A DNA stretch of 64,000 nt from the NCBI RefSeq assembly GCF_009914755.1, contig NC_060936.1. One strand, given 5' to 3'. Below the pieces are notes generated by a model. That model did no database searches and was not told the DNA's origin. It was given only the letters and a program-made list of their open reading frames with translations. The position numbers and the translations under genes were made by a program. The stretch's first letter is position 1. Each line of letters starts with the position of its first letter. Positions 1 to 13,290 of the stretch are shown one piece after another. The DNA comes from the human T2T-CHM13v2.0 reference genome, Homo sapiens.

Positions 1-280
1 GTAGCGTCCAGACTACAACAGAATTTTATTTTGTAGGCAATAAATAGCTGCTTCCAGCTGTAGAAGAAAAGGTGGCGTGAAAAATTGAGTTGATTTTTAG
101 GAAAACTAATCTAACAGTAATGTGTAGATGAGGAGAGATTAACATTCCTTGACAAAATGGGCTTCTCATGTTAGAAAGTTAGCATTCCTCTCTCTTTTTA
201 ATCCCTCTTTCCTCCTTTATTTCTTTTCCATTCGAGTTAGATTATTACTGACAGTTGAGACAGGAGTCTGTGCAACACTG

Positions 281-358
281 AGAGAAGGAAGAGGAGAAAG
301 AGGAGAAGAATGAGAAGGCGGCGGAAGAGGAGGAGAAGGAGGAGGAGGAGGAGGAGGG
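281..358. repeat. Purine-rich (GGA/GAA) low-complexity tract
   Basis: Nearly pure A/G run ending in (GGA)n; source of the poly-Pro ORF 217..528. Confidence 0.85.
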
Positions 359-1269
359 ATGTTGACAACAAAGAAAAACAGAAAGAAACTTGAGTGCTTA
401 TTACCTGTCAAGCACTGTGCTAAGTAACGTATACATGCAGCATAAGGAAGTACTAAGGACAGAAGAGGAATCATCGGGAAGTTTACAACAAAATCACAAG
501 ATTTGAATCCCTTTAAGGCAGGAACCATGTCTCATTCACTTTACACATCCAAGCCCCTGTGATTTTGTGAATTAAACTGTCTTGAATAGAAGGTCTAAAG
601 TATAACGGAGAAAATGATGGAGAAAGAAGGGTAGATTTGTACTCCAATTTTGGGCTCCATAGTGAATCAATATTTGAGCCAAGAGGAAGAAACACTTTAG
701 ATAACTTAGGTTCTTAACCTAGGCAACTGGGAAGGTGGTGATGAGATTAATAGATATAAGAGAGCCTCTTACCTTTAGGTATTTTGTTATTCTTGTTCGC
801 CTGGGTTTTGTTTTTTTTTTTTTTTTATGGCAAAGAAGAAGATAGAAGTAAAAAGTCAAAATATAAAGGCAAGGACCATCTTAGGAAACAAAATGTACTC
901 TATTGATGGTGATCATAAACCAAATAAACACTCTTCACCTCAAATCTGTTTAACGACCGCCACTTACATGGTAAACCCGTGGGTCTAATTCATCAATCAC
1001 CCTCAACATCCAAAACAAAATGACTGGCACAAAATTGGTCTCCAATGAATATCTGTTAAGGAATGCATCATTGATCTATAGTGTGTCTCAATCTAACATG
1101 CAAAACATTCAGAGACCTGACAATGCTGAATATTCAAGGTATTCCAGAATGGCAATCTTGCAGTATCTCTTATTGTCTCTTCAAGTGCTTGCCCCATTTC
1201 CATCCTCAGCACATTACTTCACCAGCAACCTCACAGATAAACATTCAGGTCATCAGGAGAGAATGTCCT

Positions 1270-2010
1270 CAGATTTCCCATCCACAGACAAATATACAGC
1301 TAAATCTATCCTTAAGTCTTTCTTCCTCCAAAACCAGGAATCCAGGAGTCACCATAGACTCCTCCCTCCCTTCTTCTCACTCCCCACATTTATCCGGGGC
1401 CAGGTCACCTGGATTCTTCTTTCTTAAAAGTTCTCATTTCTGTCCTCCCATCTCTATCCCCATTGCTCTGCAGGTGCCCCAAACTGGGCACTAAATAGCT
1501 CTTGTTTGGATTAGTGCAATAGCCTCATAATGACAACACTGTCTCCAGTTTGGTGCACTTTCAGACCATTATCAGAATAACTTTTTATAAAATCTAATCT
1601 CCATTCCTTCTGCCCCCACCAATCCTCCCCATTCTCTCTTCCTCTCTCTTAATTTTGCTATTGGTGGCACACCATTGTTTTCACTGGCCATCAAGGCACC
1701 ACATCCTCATTAAAGCTTTCATCATGGCCCTCTGCTTTTACCAAACTGCACATTGATGTACCCACTGCAACTTCTAGTAGTAATATCACTTGTTGAGACT
1801 CTACTAAAGGCCATGTCTTTCACGTGTGCCTCCTTGCTGCCACATGTGCTATTCTCGGCCCAGAAAGCCCCTTCCCACTTTCTTTGCTTAACTCTTCTAC
1901 TCACCTCCCACTCAGATCACACAAAACTCCTTCAGAAAATTTTCTTTGAGACTCTCTCAGTCTCATTTAGATGAGCCCTGTAGAACCTGTGTTTCATTTT
2001 GTTATAACAT
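1270..2010 (+). mobile_element. L2 LINE remnant
   Basis: Pyrimidine-rich L2-type motifs (ggagtcaccatagactcctccctc, tggattagtgcaatagcctc); boundaries approximate. Confidence 0.6.
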
Positions 2011-2021
2011 TTGAAAGCCAG

Positions 2022-2630
2022 AATGTGAAGTGGTTAGGTGAAAGGACTTTGGAGTCAGGCTGCCTCAGCTCAAATCCTGGCTCTTCCTTTTACTAGCTAT
2101 GAGGTCTTGGGCAAGTTACTTAATCTCTTCAAATCACAGATTCCTCCTCTACAAAATGAGTCTAAAAACAGTACAGAAGCAAAATCCTCTGCAGGATCTG
2201 GGGCCATACTCAATAATTAAGTATTTCGGCAGCAAAAATATGACCATTCAAACCAAATAGGATCAATAAAGATGCAAAATAGCCTCATATCTGATCAAAT
2301 TTTGCTGCCAAATGAATTCTAAAAAATAAACATTTGAAGTACCTACATCCTTCACGTGGATTTACTCATTGTTATTGTGCTCGAACTTTTTTTTTTAACT
2401 GCATCCACATAGAACCTCTTTGAAATAAAAATTAATAAGAAAAAACAAAGAAAATAAAGTAAATAAACATTTGATCATCACAGCTGTCTAGATTTTTTGG
2501 AGTTTAGATCTATAGATAAGGGACTGTGGATATGCATGCCTTTCATAGAGTTGTGAGGCTCAAATGTGGTAACGTCTGGAAAGCACTGAGAATAATCCTG
2601 GTTCACGTAGCGCTTCATGAGTTAGTATTA
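2022..2630 (+). mobile_element. MIR split by a ~370-bp insert (possibly an old Tigger-like DNA element)
   Basis: MIR core ctttggagtcaggctg...ttgggcaagttacttaatctct...aaaatg stops near 2165 and resumes near 2540 (catagagttgtgagg...). The insert ends in gataagggactgtgga, resembling a Tigger-type terminus. Confidence 0.55.
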
Positions 2631-4530
2631 CACCAGCTGTCCTCACGCTGTCAGGGATTGTTAATTCTCTTACCTGTCACTCCATAATCAGTATACTTCT
2701 TGAGAAAGAAAATGTTAGTATAGATCTTTGAACCCTCACATCTTGCCGTTAACGCCTGCCACGTTTTAGGCACTTGATACATATGGATGAATCAATGATG
2801 GTTAGGCTCCAACAGATACAAAATCAACATTTTTCAATTTCTCAGAGCATTGTACATCTAGAGTTCATTGCACTCACTCAGAATCCCTGTAACACCCGTG
2901 AGATTTAATATTTAGAAAAGTATCTACACGCTGCTTAAGAAATCATGATGCTTAACTTCACCAATGCAAAAGTTCAACCTTGTTGCTCCTGTGTTTTCAT
3001 GTCAGTGCTGCCCCTAAATTTGGCAAGAGGCATGATTTTCCATCCATTGACATTTATTTCAAAGAAAGAAAAGGCTTTCACTAAGCTAGTGAAAATCTCT
3101 GCTGGAGAGAAATATCACTTCCACCTAACCCCATATGATCTATTCATTTTTTAAAAACTTTAAGGCCTGCTCTCCTTTAATATCTACAAATAAATAAGAT
3201 TAAAGAGTACACTCAACAAACTACACCAGAAAAAAGTACCTCAAAACAAAATGAAATATAAAAGGTAACTTCTGAAATATACAATTTCCTAAGAAAAACA
3301 ACCATAGCATTCCAACATAGACAGTCTTTCCAATGAATTTTAAGATATTAGATTTCCACAGTTGGATCAGATACTACTTTCTGACCTTTAATCTTCCAAC
3401 TTATAGAAAATAGAATGATTCCTCCGATTTTAAAGTGATGAGACTATGGGGCAAAAGAAACCTATCAGTGTTTTCATTCAGGGGCTTAATTTTAAAACGA
3501 GCTTCATTACAAAATTTATCTTTCTTAGAGTATGTTATTTCAATATCTCCTGCAGCAAAATACAAGATAAAAGATAATTTCCTATTCCAAAGGATTACAT
3601 ACATTGTTCTTGATAAAACAGGAAGAAGCATATAAAAGTATCTTTTGTGCAGTTTTATTTCATGCTTCTGTGTTTATTGTGTTTCAGACTATTTATTTCT
3701 AACATTTTAGAGCTAATATCTTTAAAGGTCTTTTAATATTTTGATTTGCAGTGGTGTGTTTATTGATGTTATAAATACGTGTTAAGGTCTCCTGTGCTTA
3801 AATTAGAGTTGTGGTCGTTACAAGATGAGTAAGGCAGAATTCTCATTCTCAAGATATCTATGGATATTATTCCCTCATAAAATAATAGATACAACTGTAT
3901 TTCTTTATGTGTGCATATATGTGGGTACGTGTGTGAATATATAGTATATATGTGTGTGTATGTATATAATTTATATGCACTAGACATAGATAGATATTAA
4001 GTAGCAAGTAATGGCTAACTTACACCTGTGTTTTGTTCTGCTCGAGTGGCAGGAATCAATTTAGAAATAGAGTGAAATCTTTTTTTTTGTTATTCCAAAA
4101 GTCATCTTTTCTAAAATACAAAAGGATATTCTCTTTTGATAATGTGGTTAGAGTGCCTCTTCTTTTATATCATATTTTTTTAAAGAATTTAAAATGGATT
4201 TTATTCTAAATCTCACTCAGAATCATTCACTTTTACTTGATAAGGTTCCTTAAACTTCAGTAATTCTTCTCTCACTGTGCCTCACAGAGGGGAGCTCTTG
4301 CCCCCAGGAATCACTAAAAGTTTTCAGGGGAGTTTAAGAGATACTTTAATGTCAATTCATCATTCTCTTTCCCTGGTGGTTTCTCACACCAACAAGCTAA
4401 CTCTTCCCTTCTTCTGATGTTTGCCATTTTTACTTATGCCCTTGGCCTCTGGGATTCCAATCAGACTGTTGCTCAGACATGAATAGAAACGTGACCCGAA
4501 GACCAGAAGATGTGTAGCTTAATAAGCAAC

Positions 4531-4831
4531 TGGATGAAGCTGGAAACCATCATTCTCTGCAAACTAACTCAAGAACAGAAAACCAAACACTGCATGTTCT
4601 CACTCATGAGTGAGAGTTGAACAATGAGAACACATGGACACAGGGAGGGGAACATCACACACCAGGGCTTGTCAGGGGGTGGGGGCTAGGGGAGGGATAG
4701 CATTAGGAGAAATATCTAACGTAGGTGATGGGTTGATGAGTGCAGCAAACCACCATGGCACGTGTATACCCATGTAACAAAACTGCACATCCTGCACATG
4801 TACCCTAGAACTTAAAGTATAATAATAAAAC
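4531..4831 (+). mobile_element. 5'-truncated L1PA (about L1PA7/8) 3' end
   Basis: Canonical L1 ORF2 end and 3'UTR through cttaaagtataataataaaa. TSD aataagcaactggatga (4521-4537) / aagaagcaactgaatga (4832-4848). Confidence 0.93.
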
Positions 4832-5666
4832 AAGAAGCAACTGAATGACAACAAATGGGGATTGATTCTGATGCCAACTTTCTTTACTTTCCCTTCTCTT
4901 TCCACTACTTGCCTTCTTATATCTCTATTTCTTGCCCTTGCTTCCTTCCCAGTTGCAAGCTTTACTCACACCTCTCTCCAATTTATTCATTTCAATTTCT
5001 TATATTCTTCCACAAAATTAAAAACTTTAAAATAATGTACCCTTCTCCCCAACTGCAAGTGTATATTTTAATTACAATCAGCAATGTCCTGCTCTAGGGA
5101 AAACGCTCACTCTTTGTATTCATGGCTCTTATTCTACCCTCCTCTAATTACACCCAGCACCTCCCTCCTCACTATCGTCTTTCCCCCAACCTCTTTTCTC
5201 TGGGATCCCAGATCTAGTACAACTGGCAAATAGGTGTTATTTAAAGGTTCCCTCTTGTAATGTTATCTACACATGTTCCATATATCTTCCCATGAATGAT
5301 AAAATCCATTCACTCACTCACAATATCCCTTTAAGGTAAAGTGGGACAAGAGGAAGGCAGAAAGGCAAAATGAAAAGGATTTGCAGTTATCAAAATATAG
5401 CTGGCTCAAGTAGCCTCCAGGGCCTCTAGGACAGATTGATCAAGTTGACGGTGACTCACTAATGCTCCTGCTTCTCTGTCTTCTAACTTGGTCTCTGCAT
5501 TCTCCATCCTCCACGCGCAATCCAAAATAATAAACTAAATGAAAATGATTACTTTGAAAGTGAGACGTGACCATTATGGAAAGTTCCAGATCAGTGAAAA
5601 ACAGAATAATGGAATCATAATGTGAAACTCTTGAGAAACATAATTTTCTAAAAGAGAAGATGACAA

Positions 5667-5673
5667 ATATATA

Positions 5674-5722
<49 letters not shown>
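5667..5722. repeat. (TA)n microsatellite with a short (TG) interruption
   Basis: Seen directly. Confidence 0.95.
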
Positions 5723-5724
<2 letters not shown>

Positions 5725-6874
5725 CTGAACAAGTGAATGTTGGGGAAAGTACACTACTGATGTTAATTATAGATTTATTTTGGGGATAGGAAAGTCCTCT
5801 TTTTTAAAATATTTACTCTCTGTCACTACTTCAGGACTTTCATGACTCAGCATATTTGCCTAAACTGTTTCCTTAGACTGCTGTGCATTCCTTTATCATG
5901 GTATTGAACACCCTGCATGGCAGTTGTATATTTGCCTACCAACCTTTGCTTCTAGGTGATGACTGCCTTCATTATAAAGATGTGTTTCATTTTTATACCC
6001 TTATTAACATAACAAAGAGTGGTTAAAAGGGAATTGGCCCCACCATAATGGCATCAACCAACTCTCCAGCCACCCCTACACATCCAAGTAAAAACAATAT
6101 ATATGTTTGATGTGCAAATGCAACTTCAAAAGGAGGCCCCTAGCTCCCTACATCAAACATATTATTTATCATTGCCAAACCTTCGGCAGGTACCCCTGCT
6201 ATATCCTGTGTTTGGCAGAGTGTCTGACCAGAATTTAGTACTTCATCTGTGTTTATTGATTGAATGTTTTCATGCATTAAAAAAAATGGAGCAGGTTGGC
6301 ATGATACATCAAGAGGAGAAAAAAAATCCATCTAGAATGTTCTAAGAAGCTCCTGACCTGATTGCTGAATACTTGCAACAGAAGGCTTTTATTTGTATGT
6401 CATTAGATTTAAACTCCTGGACTCTCCTCTCTCTGTCTCCAGTCAACTATTTCAGAGAAAAACATCTAGAAAAGTATTTATTACACTGTGGTTAATAAAA
6501 TCTAACAACACATGACCCTATCTCACAATCTTTCCTGAATTGGGTTGAAACACTGAAGCTCGCCAGCACACAAGCAGTTAGTATTTTTACTTCTTCTGTG
6601 AATATTATGGACAATTCTATATTACCTAAGGTAAAATGAAACTCCAAAGGTAATTGGAAAAAAAAATCAAAGTATATCAGAAGAAGCTCAATTTTAATCA
6701 TTAGCCTTCTCTAACATCTCTAAAAAATGTTTTCCCTATAAGTTTAAAAGCGCATGATTTAAAAAAATGACAATATATATATCAACATATTTGAATGTAG
6801 TCAGTTAATACGCAAACATATTCACCTGTAGCCTTCTTATTTCATACAACAAGCAGAACAATCATTTCAAAACA

Positions 6875-7320
6875 TAAAACAGATCATGACATTTGACTTA
6901 TTTTCCCATTTTGAATAAAATATAAAGTCTTTGCCATGGCCACAGTGTGCCCTGCAATGTAGTCATCTTCTGCTTCTCTCTTCCCAATCACACTGGCCTC
7001 TCTGTGTTCCTTGAATAGCTAAAGCATTTTGCTGTCCCATCTTCTTGAGATGCTATTAATTCACAGGTTTTTGTAGCTTACTCACTTGTTCACTTATTTC
7101 AGAACTCTGCTCAGAGGACACCTCCTTAGACACGCTCTGTCTCAGATCACTTCTTTTACCTGGATTTATTTCTTCACAACACTTGTTCCTCTCTAACATT
7201 ATACTATACAAAATTATTTGCTTATATATTTATGGTCTGTCTTCCTCATTCAAATAAAAGTTGGATGAGGACAGAGACCCTAATTTATTCACTGACACAT
7301 CTCCAGCATGTAAGAGAGAA
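6875..7320 (+). mobile_element. L2 3' region
   Basis: cacactggcctctctgtgttccttgaa...tgaggacagagac...ttattcactg, typical of the L2 3' end. Confidence 0.7.
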
Positions 7321-7394
7321 TTTGTTTACAGTAGAAACAGAGAATTTTAAGAGAAATTGGACCCTGTCGGCTGCATCTCTCACCAATTTTTTTT

Positions 7395-7522
7395 TATTGA
7401 TGATATGAAGAAATTGAGGTTCATTCAGAGTAAATGACATATCCAAGGCCACAGTTAATAAGTCGCAGAATTAATAGGTGACAGAATCTTAGTTATCTTT
7501 ACTTCCAGTCCAGCAGCTTTTG
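7395..7522 (-). mobile_element. MIR fragment
   Basis: atgaagaaattgagg...cagaggtaaatgacatatccaaggccacagttaataagt. Confidence 0.7.
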
Positions 7523-10500
7523 ACTATAAAGAAACAAACAAAACAAATGGATACCCACAATGAATTTCGATTTTACAGAAATTTACATTTTGTTTTTTAG
7601 AAAAGCCTCTCTCTAAAAATTGTAATAGTTTTTAATCTTGGTTTATTTTTTGTTTTCCTTCCCTTCACTAACAGTGAGCCCTAGTGTGATTTTGCAAATC
7701 CCAGAACGTGAAAGCTTAACAGGGTTTGACAGCTGGTATGTCCCATGCTCGTCAAATTCAGTGGTCTGTAACAGGGTAAATGACACAATTACCTGCTGTA
7801 ATTACTGCTGCTGACAATACAGTCTCCCTAGTGAATGCTTTATGAAATTCAGAACTGCATTTCTTGTCAATCCAACCCAAATCCTGCATACATATTTGAG
7901 GCAGTATTTTGCTAAATAAATGTTTAAAAATTAGAGCCCAAATCTAAGTGGGCATTTATTACTTAGTGTAATTCAAGCATTATGGATGCATTTTGCTTTA
8001 ATCTAATTTTTTGCATTGACATGGAAATCTTTCTAACAAAGTTTTGCTTTGAATCAAGAATCTATTCTCATTGGTTATAAAGAGGCACAGAATACTTCAC
8101 AGAAAAAGCAGATGTACCAAAAAAAAAAAAAATCAGAACTGAATAAATAAAGCATCTGCCAAAATCCCTGGTCTAGAGTGGTCCGCTGTACAACGAACTT
8201 ATTACTTATTTCATTTCAACTATAAAGACACTTGAGAATACACACAGACACAAACAATTGTATAGTTGACTGCTCTGAGTCTGGCTGCCAGCCAAAATCC
8301 TTCACAAGTTATAGGTAGGCTGTCAAAATAAAAAATAAAAATGCACAGGGACATACTTGCCTGCAGATATAACTTGTTCCCCTTTCTTAAAAAAAAACAA
8401 GTAGAATCACCAAATTCCCATTCTAAGACTGGATTAGATTAAATAGCTTAGACATAGTAATAACAAAGCAATTCCAACTTATGGAAAAGTAGTACAAGCT
8501 CTTCTGCAAGTACATTCAAGAACACCAATATGTTAGCAGAATTGTATTAGCAACCAGATGATTTTGATTTTGCAAATAAGTGGTTCCTGGTTATTGATAA
8601 AATGTATTCCTGGAAACCACACCAGAAGGCTGATTATCATTAAATGGAACTAATCATATCCTTATTGGATTCACATGTTCTAACATAGTTTGGCACCGTC
8701 AGCAAAAACCAATGAATAAATGGGTGAAGAGTTCAAAAGTAAAGGACACGTACTTTATAATCAATGCTGAATGTGCACAGCAGTAAAACAAAAATGAGAA
8801 AAGAGGGCTAATATGTAATTTAAGTACATCGTATCTTCACACACAGATCCTCATTCCATAATGACAAAAAAGGAGAAAAATTACATTTTAAAATATAACA
8901 ACATGCAATGTTAATGAATAATACAATGGGTTTTGTAGTCTCATTTTTAGAAGTGAAAGTAATGATAAATCAGTAAATCATTTCTGAATTTCTTAGACTT
9001 TGCAGTTATCCAGTGGTTGCTGAAGAATTGCAGCATGCCCACCCACATGGTCGAGGGTGGTAAGCCACTTAGCTACTGCACTGAAACACAATCCAAGCCA
9101 AAATGTGGTCTCATGCAAGCTGAGATCAAGGTGTTGAAATACATTTGTTCATCTAGTCTCCAATCCCACTGGGTTCTATAAAGCTTTCCCTGCTTTGAGA
9201 CTTGCCCTTTGCTATTGGCCAGCATTTTTGTTTTGGAGTCTTTGGGTCTGCTCATTTCTCCACCCTGTAATGTTCTTCCCCAGGTTCTTCATCCCTCAGG
9301 ACCCCAGTGAGGCCCTATCTGAACACATACCCTAAGTAGGTCCCAATGCTGGCCTCTATAGCTTTCCTTCATAGCACCTATTTAGCATTTGATAATACTC
9401 ACCCACTTGCTTAGTTACTAATCTGCCTGCTCGCCCCACCCGCCAGATGGTAGACAATGAGGGGATGACCCGGGTGACTAGCCCAGTACCCAGGCCGTAT
9501 CAGGTGTGCCCACCTAAATATGAATTAGGTGAATGTACCTTTCAGACTAAAGGACTATTTTCCCTATGTATGCCTTTGTCTATATGTCATAATTCTAAAT
9601 TTGAAATTTTAGAGGTCTTGAGACTAGTGAATATGCAGGTGAGGAATAAGACTAATAGCTTCTCTGTTCAGTGTAGAATAACTGTATAATATCAGGCTTT
9701 TATTTGAATGCAATTACATTTCAAGAGACATGATATTATGTAAAGTGTATCTAAATTTGGGTACAAAGGAGTCAAATAATATAAATCCATTCCACTGTAT
9801 TAATTTGAACTATGGGTGAGAATCATTTCAATTCAAATGGCCTAAATAGTCACTTTCACACTGAAGCATGAAAGGGTATAATTTCAGTTCCAGCATTCTA
9901 ATAGAGTCCACTATAAAGGCAAAATATCAGGTTAGGAGAGTTTAATGTTAGCTTCAGAAAATCATTTTGAAATAATCTCAGAATTTAAAAAAATTAAATT
10001 TTATTGAAAACATTTTTCCTATTGATAGGATTATCTAGTCAATAGAATTATCTAAAATCAGATTGATTTTTAAAGGAATTAAAATATGAAGACTCAGGTA
10101 AAGAAACATTGTGTTTAGGAGTAGGATGCAGAATTGCGGTACCCCTGCAGTAATAAACCAGCAGCAAAGCATTACAGAGATGTCACAGGTAAGCTTGCTT
10201 GGAAATGTACCAGATGCTATCCTTACAGTCATATCTATTAAGCCAAAGTCTTCATGGATAGACTCCATATTTCAGAGACAGATCGGGCACATACAATGAA
10301 ATAGTGCATTGAGAACTCTCTCTGGTAATTCTGGGTTAAAAGGTTATTTTCCTCATTCATTTTTACAAATATCATGGTAATTGAAACAAAATGCAGAATG
10401 GAAATATTTATTAACAAATCATTTTCCCCAGACATCATCACCAACCACAGAAGCTGGCTTGCATTGTGATACATATTTGCCAACACTGTCATAAATTTTC

Positions 10501-10877
10501 AACAACACTGTAATTATTTCCTGACCTAGAACCGTAAGTTCATAAAGGATTTCAGAATATCATCTTGCCCTAGAAATTTCTTTTCTAATCTGTCTTTGTC
10601 CTTCTGAAGACATTTCCAAGTAGAATCACATGTTGGTTGGTTACATATTATAATGAATAGTGAAGCACTATTACTTTGTCCTCTATTACTAATAGCCCTA
10701 TTAATCATGTTGAGGTGTTTCATTATCCATGCAGAAGCAATACCTATATGCATATTTTGCATATTTAACATTCTACCGCTTTGAAGATATATAATTTGTA
10801 CTTGTATAATTAAGAAGACTTGATATGAACAGAAAAATGCCTCATCATTTGGCTGGCATTTGCATTCAAGCTTATGT

Positions 10878-11105
10878 TTAGCTATTTGTTGAGCACTTAC
10901 AATGTGCCAAGTACTATAAAATATAAGTTACTTTGTCCTTTGATTTAATTTTCACAACAACCCTATGAAATAGTATTGTTAACCCCATTGTATACTATAA
11001 GGCAAATGAAGCATGAAAAGGGGTGAAAAAATTTCTTCAAAGAATTTTAAGTAGAGGAACTAGAATTCAAATAGATCTGTCAAACTTAGAGACTAAATTC
11101 TTAAA
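10878..11105 (-). mobile_element. MIR
   Basis: tttgttgagcacttacaatgtgccaag...tcacaacaaccctatgaaatag...ccccatt. Confidence 0.75.
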
Positions 11106-11999
11106 TGTTAAAATAAGTTAAGAAGCTCTGAATTGAACTAATCGATCTTCTTCATTTGAAAGTGTATATCTTTTGAAAAGTAAACATGTTACCCCTTAAC
11201 TGCTCTACAGATCAACCCCAGCCACATGGCCACACTGTGGATCGAATTAACAGAAGGCACTTTCCATATTCAAGGTTTCACAGTTGGTGCTTCTTACAGG
11301 TTTCACCCTGGGAATTATCCTTTAAGAAGTCCAGGGTCATGTCCCATCACAAGGACCCCACTTTACGAAGAATGAGGATTCACTAAAACACATCAAGAGA
11401 ACAGTCATAATAATGAAGAAATTAATTAGGAACAATAACTGGTGGAAGTGTGAGCTAATTTTAAAAAAGGATACCCCGAGAAAGTGAGTTTTTAAAAACA
11501 TTATTTTGAGTGCTGTTAGATGGAATAAAGATTAGTCTCATTTTCCTGTGCTCCAGGGTGTAAAATAAGGATAGCTTAATCACTGACTCAAGAATATGGT
11601 ACTCATTCCATGTCAACTTCATTTGTGTTGGCCCCCTTGCCTAAAATCTTTTTTCTTCTTCTAGTTTACCCAAATTCTATCTCTCCTGAAATGTACTCTA
11701 CATTCCATCACTTTCAAGAAAATGTTTCTGATTGGAACCATCCTCATTGAATTTCCTACCTTCAGAACTCCTAGGTATTATTATACTGGCTTCTTTTGAT
11801 TGCTCTTATTTGTTATAGAAATTCTCCAACAGACTAAGTTCTTTCAAAATAGGTCTATGTCTTTTACTTCTTCTCTAACATATAAAGGTGAGGTGTGGAA
11901 ATAATGAAATGTATATATATATAAATAATATATATAAATATATATAAACATTATTTTAGATAATAAAATTAATAAAGTAGCAAAAGCAGAGTTCCACAT

Positions 12000-13060
12000 G
12001 TTATGGGGAAAACACATCCAAAGAACCCATGAGTTAAAAAGGAATCACAATGAAGGACTCAAAGGATATTTTAAAATATTTAGAACTAAATGCTATAAAG
12101 AATACTGATATTATATTTGTGGGATATAGCTTAAGGAAATATTAGATAGAAATTTATACATTTATATGCATTCATTAGTCATGGACATAAAGACGGCAAC
12201 AGCGGACACTGGGGTCTACTAGGGTGGGGACAGAAGGAGGGGAGTAGGGTTGAACTAACTGTTGGGTGCAATGCTCAATACATGGGTAACAGTATCAATC
12301 ACACCCCAAACCTCAGCATCACACAATATGCTCAGGTAACAAGCCTATTTTGTACCCCATGAATCTAAAATAAAACTTGAAATTATTAAAAAAGTAGATT
12401 CTATGAAGTATATAATGATGAATAGGTTAGTAAATTCTATCAAGCATATAATGAATATCAATGGTACACAGTCTTCTAAACAGTTGAAGATGAGAGACCA
12501 TTTCTCAACTTATTCTGTCAGGGAGCTTACCCTGATCCTAAGCCCGATAAAGGCATTACAAAAAACAAAACTACAGACTGGTATATCTTATGAGTATATG
12601 CAAAACTTCTAAACAAATTATTAGTCAATCAAATTTAACGGTATATAAAAAGGATCATACATCCTATCTAAGTGGAGTTTATCCCAGGAATGTAAGATTG
12701 GTTTAACACTGGCCAATCAATCCATGAAATTGACCATATTAATAATCTGAAATAGAAAAATTAGATGACCATCTCAAAAGACTCAGAAAAAGTCTACACT
12801 AAAATTCATTATCCATTCTGATAAAAGTTCTCAGAAAACTAGAAAGAGAAAGGAATTTCAGAAACCTGATAAATGGCGTCAACGAAAAACTAAAGTTAAC
12901 ATGATACTTAATAGTGAAAGGCTTGTTGTTTTCCGTTGACATCAGATACAAGTCAGGTGTCTAATCTCACTTCTATTCAACACTGCACTGGTGGATCTAG
13001 CCAGCACAGTAAGGCAAGAAAGGAAATAAAAAGCAATCAGATTAGAAAAAATAAAAATAA
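12000..13060 (+). mobile_element. Old L1M ORF2 fragments, interrupted at ~12180-12393 by the 3' end of an older primate L1 (L1PA15/16-L1PB class)
   Basis: Degenerate ORF2 motifs (ttatcccaggaatgtaagattggtttaac; cacttctattcaacactgcactgg) and the 3'UTR atggacataaagacggcaac...caaacctcagcatcac...gaatctaaaataaaa. Confidence 0.75.
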
Positions 13061-13074
13061 ATAAATGCATACAT

Positions 13075-13290
13075 TGGAAACACATGGCTTTCAAAACAAG
13101 CAGACCTGGGCACCAGTATTTATTAGTAGTGTGACTTTAAACAACCTATTGAAAATTCCAATGCTTTATGCTCCTCACTTAAGTGATGAAGATAATAATA
13201 TCAAACTTAGGATGGTGTTTTGAAGATTGAATTAAATAACATAAATAAAGCATCTGGAACCATGTCTGACATACTTGAGGCACTCTTTTT
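13075..13290 (+). mobile_element. MIR
   Basis: gcagacctggg...tagtgtgacttt...gataataatatc...tgaagattgaattaaataac. Confidence 0.65.

Noticed and set aside
217-528. Proline-rich 103-aa ORF
   Set aside because: It is the translation of the (GGA)n low-complexity tract.
1020-1494. Two overlapping ~135-aa ORFs
   Set aside because: They overlap an L2 remnant and have no recognisable domain.
8179-8210. Weak resemblance to Y RNA (tggtccg...gaacttatta)
   Set aside because: Only two short words match, spacing is wrong, and there is no 3' stem or tail.
9064-9076. Pol III A-box-like TAGCTAAGTGG on the - strand
   Set aside because: No convincing B-box or cloverleaf follows.
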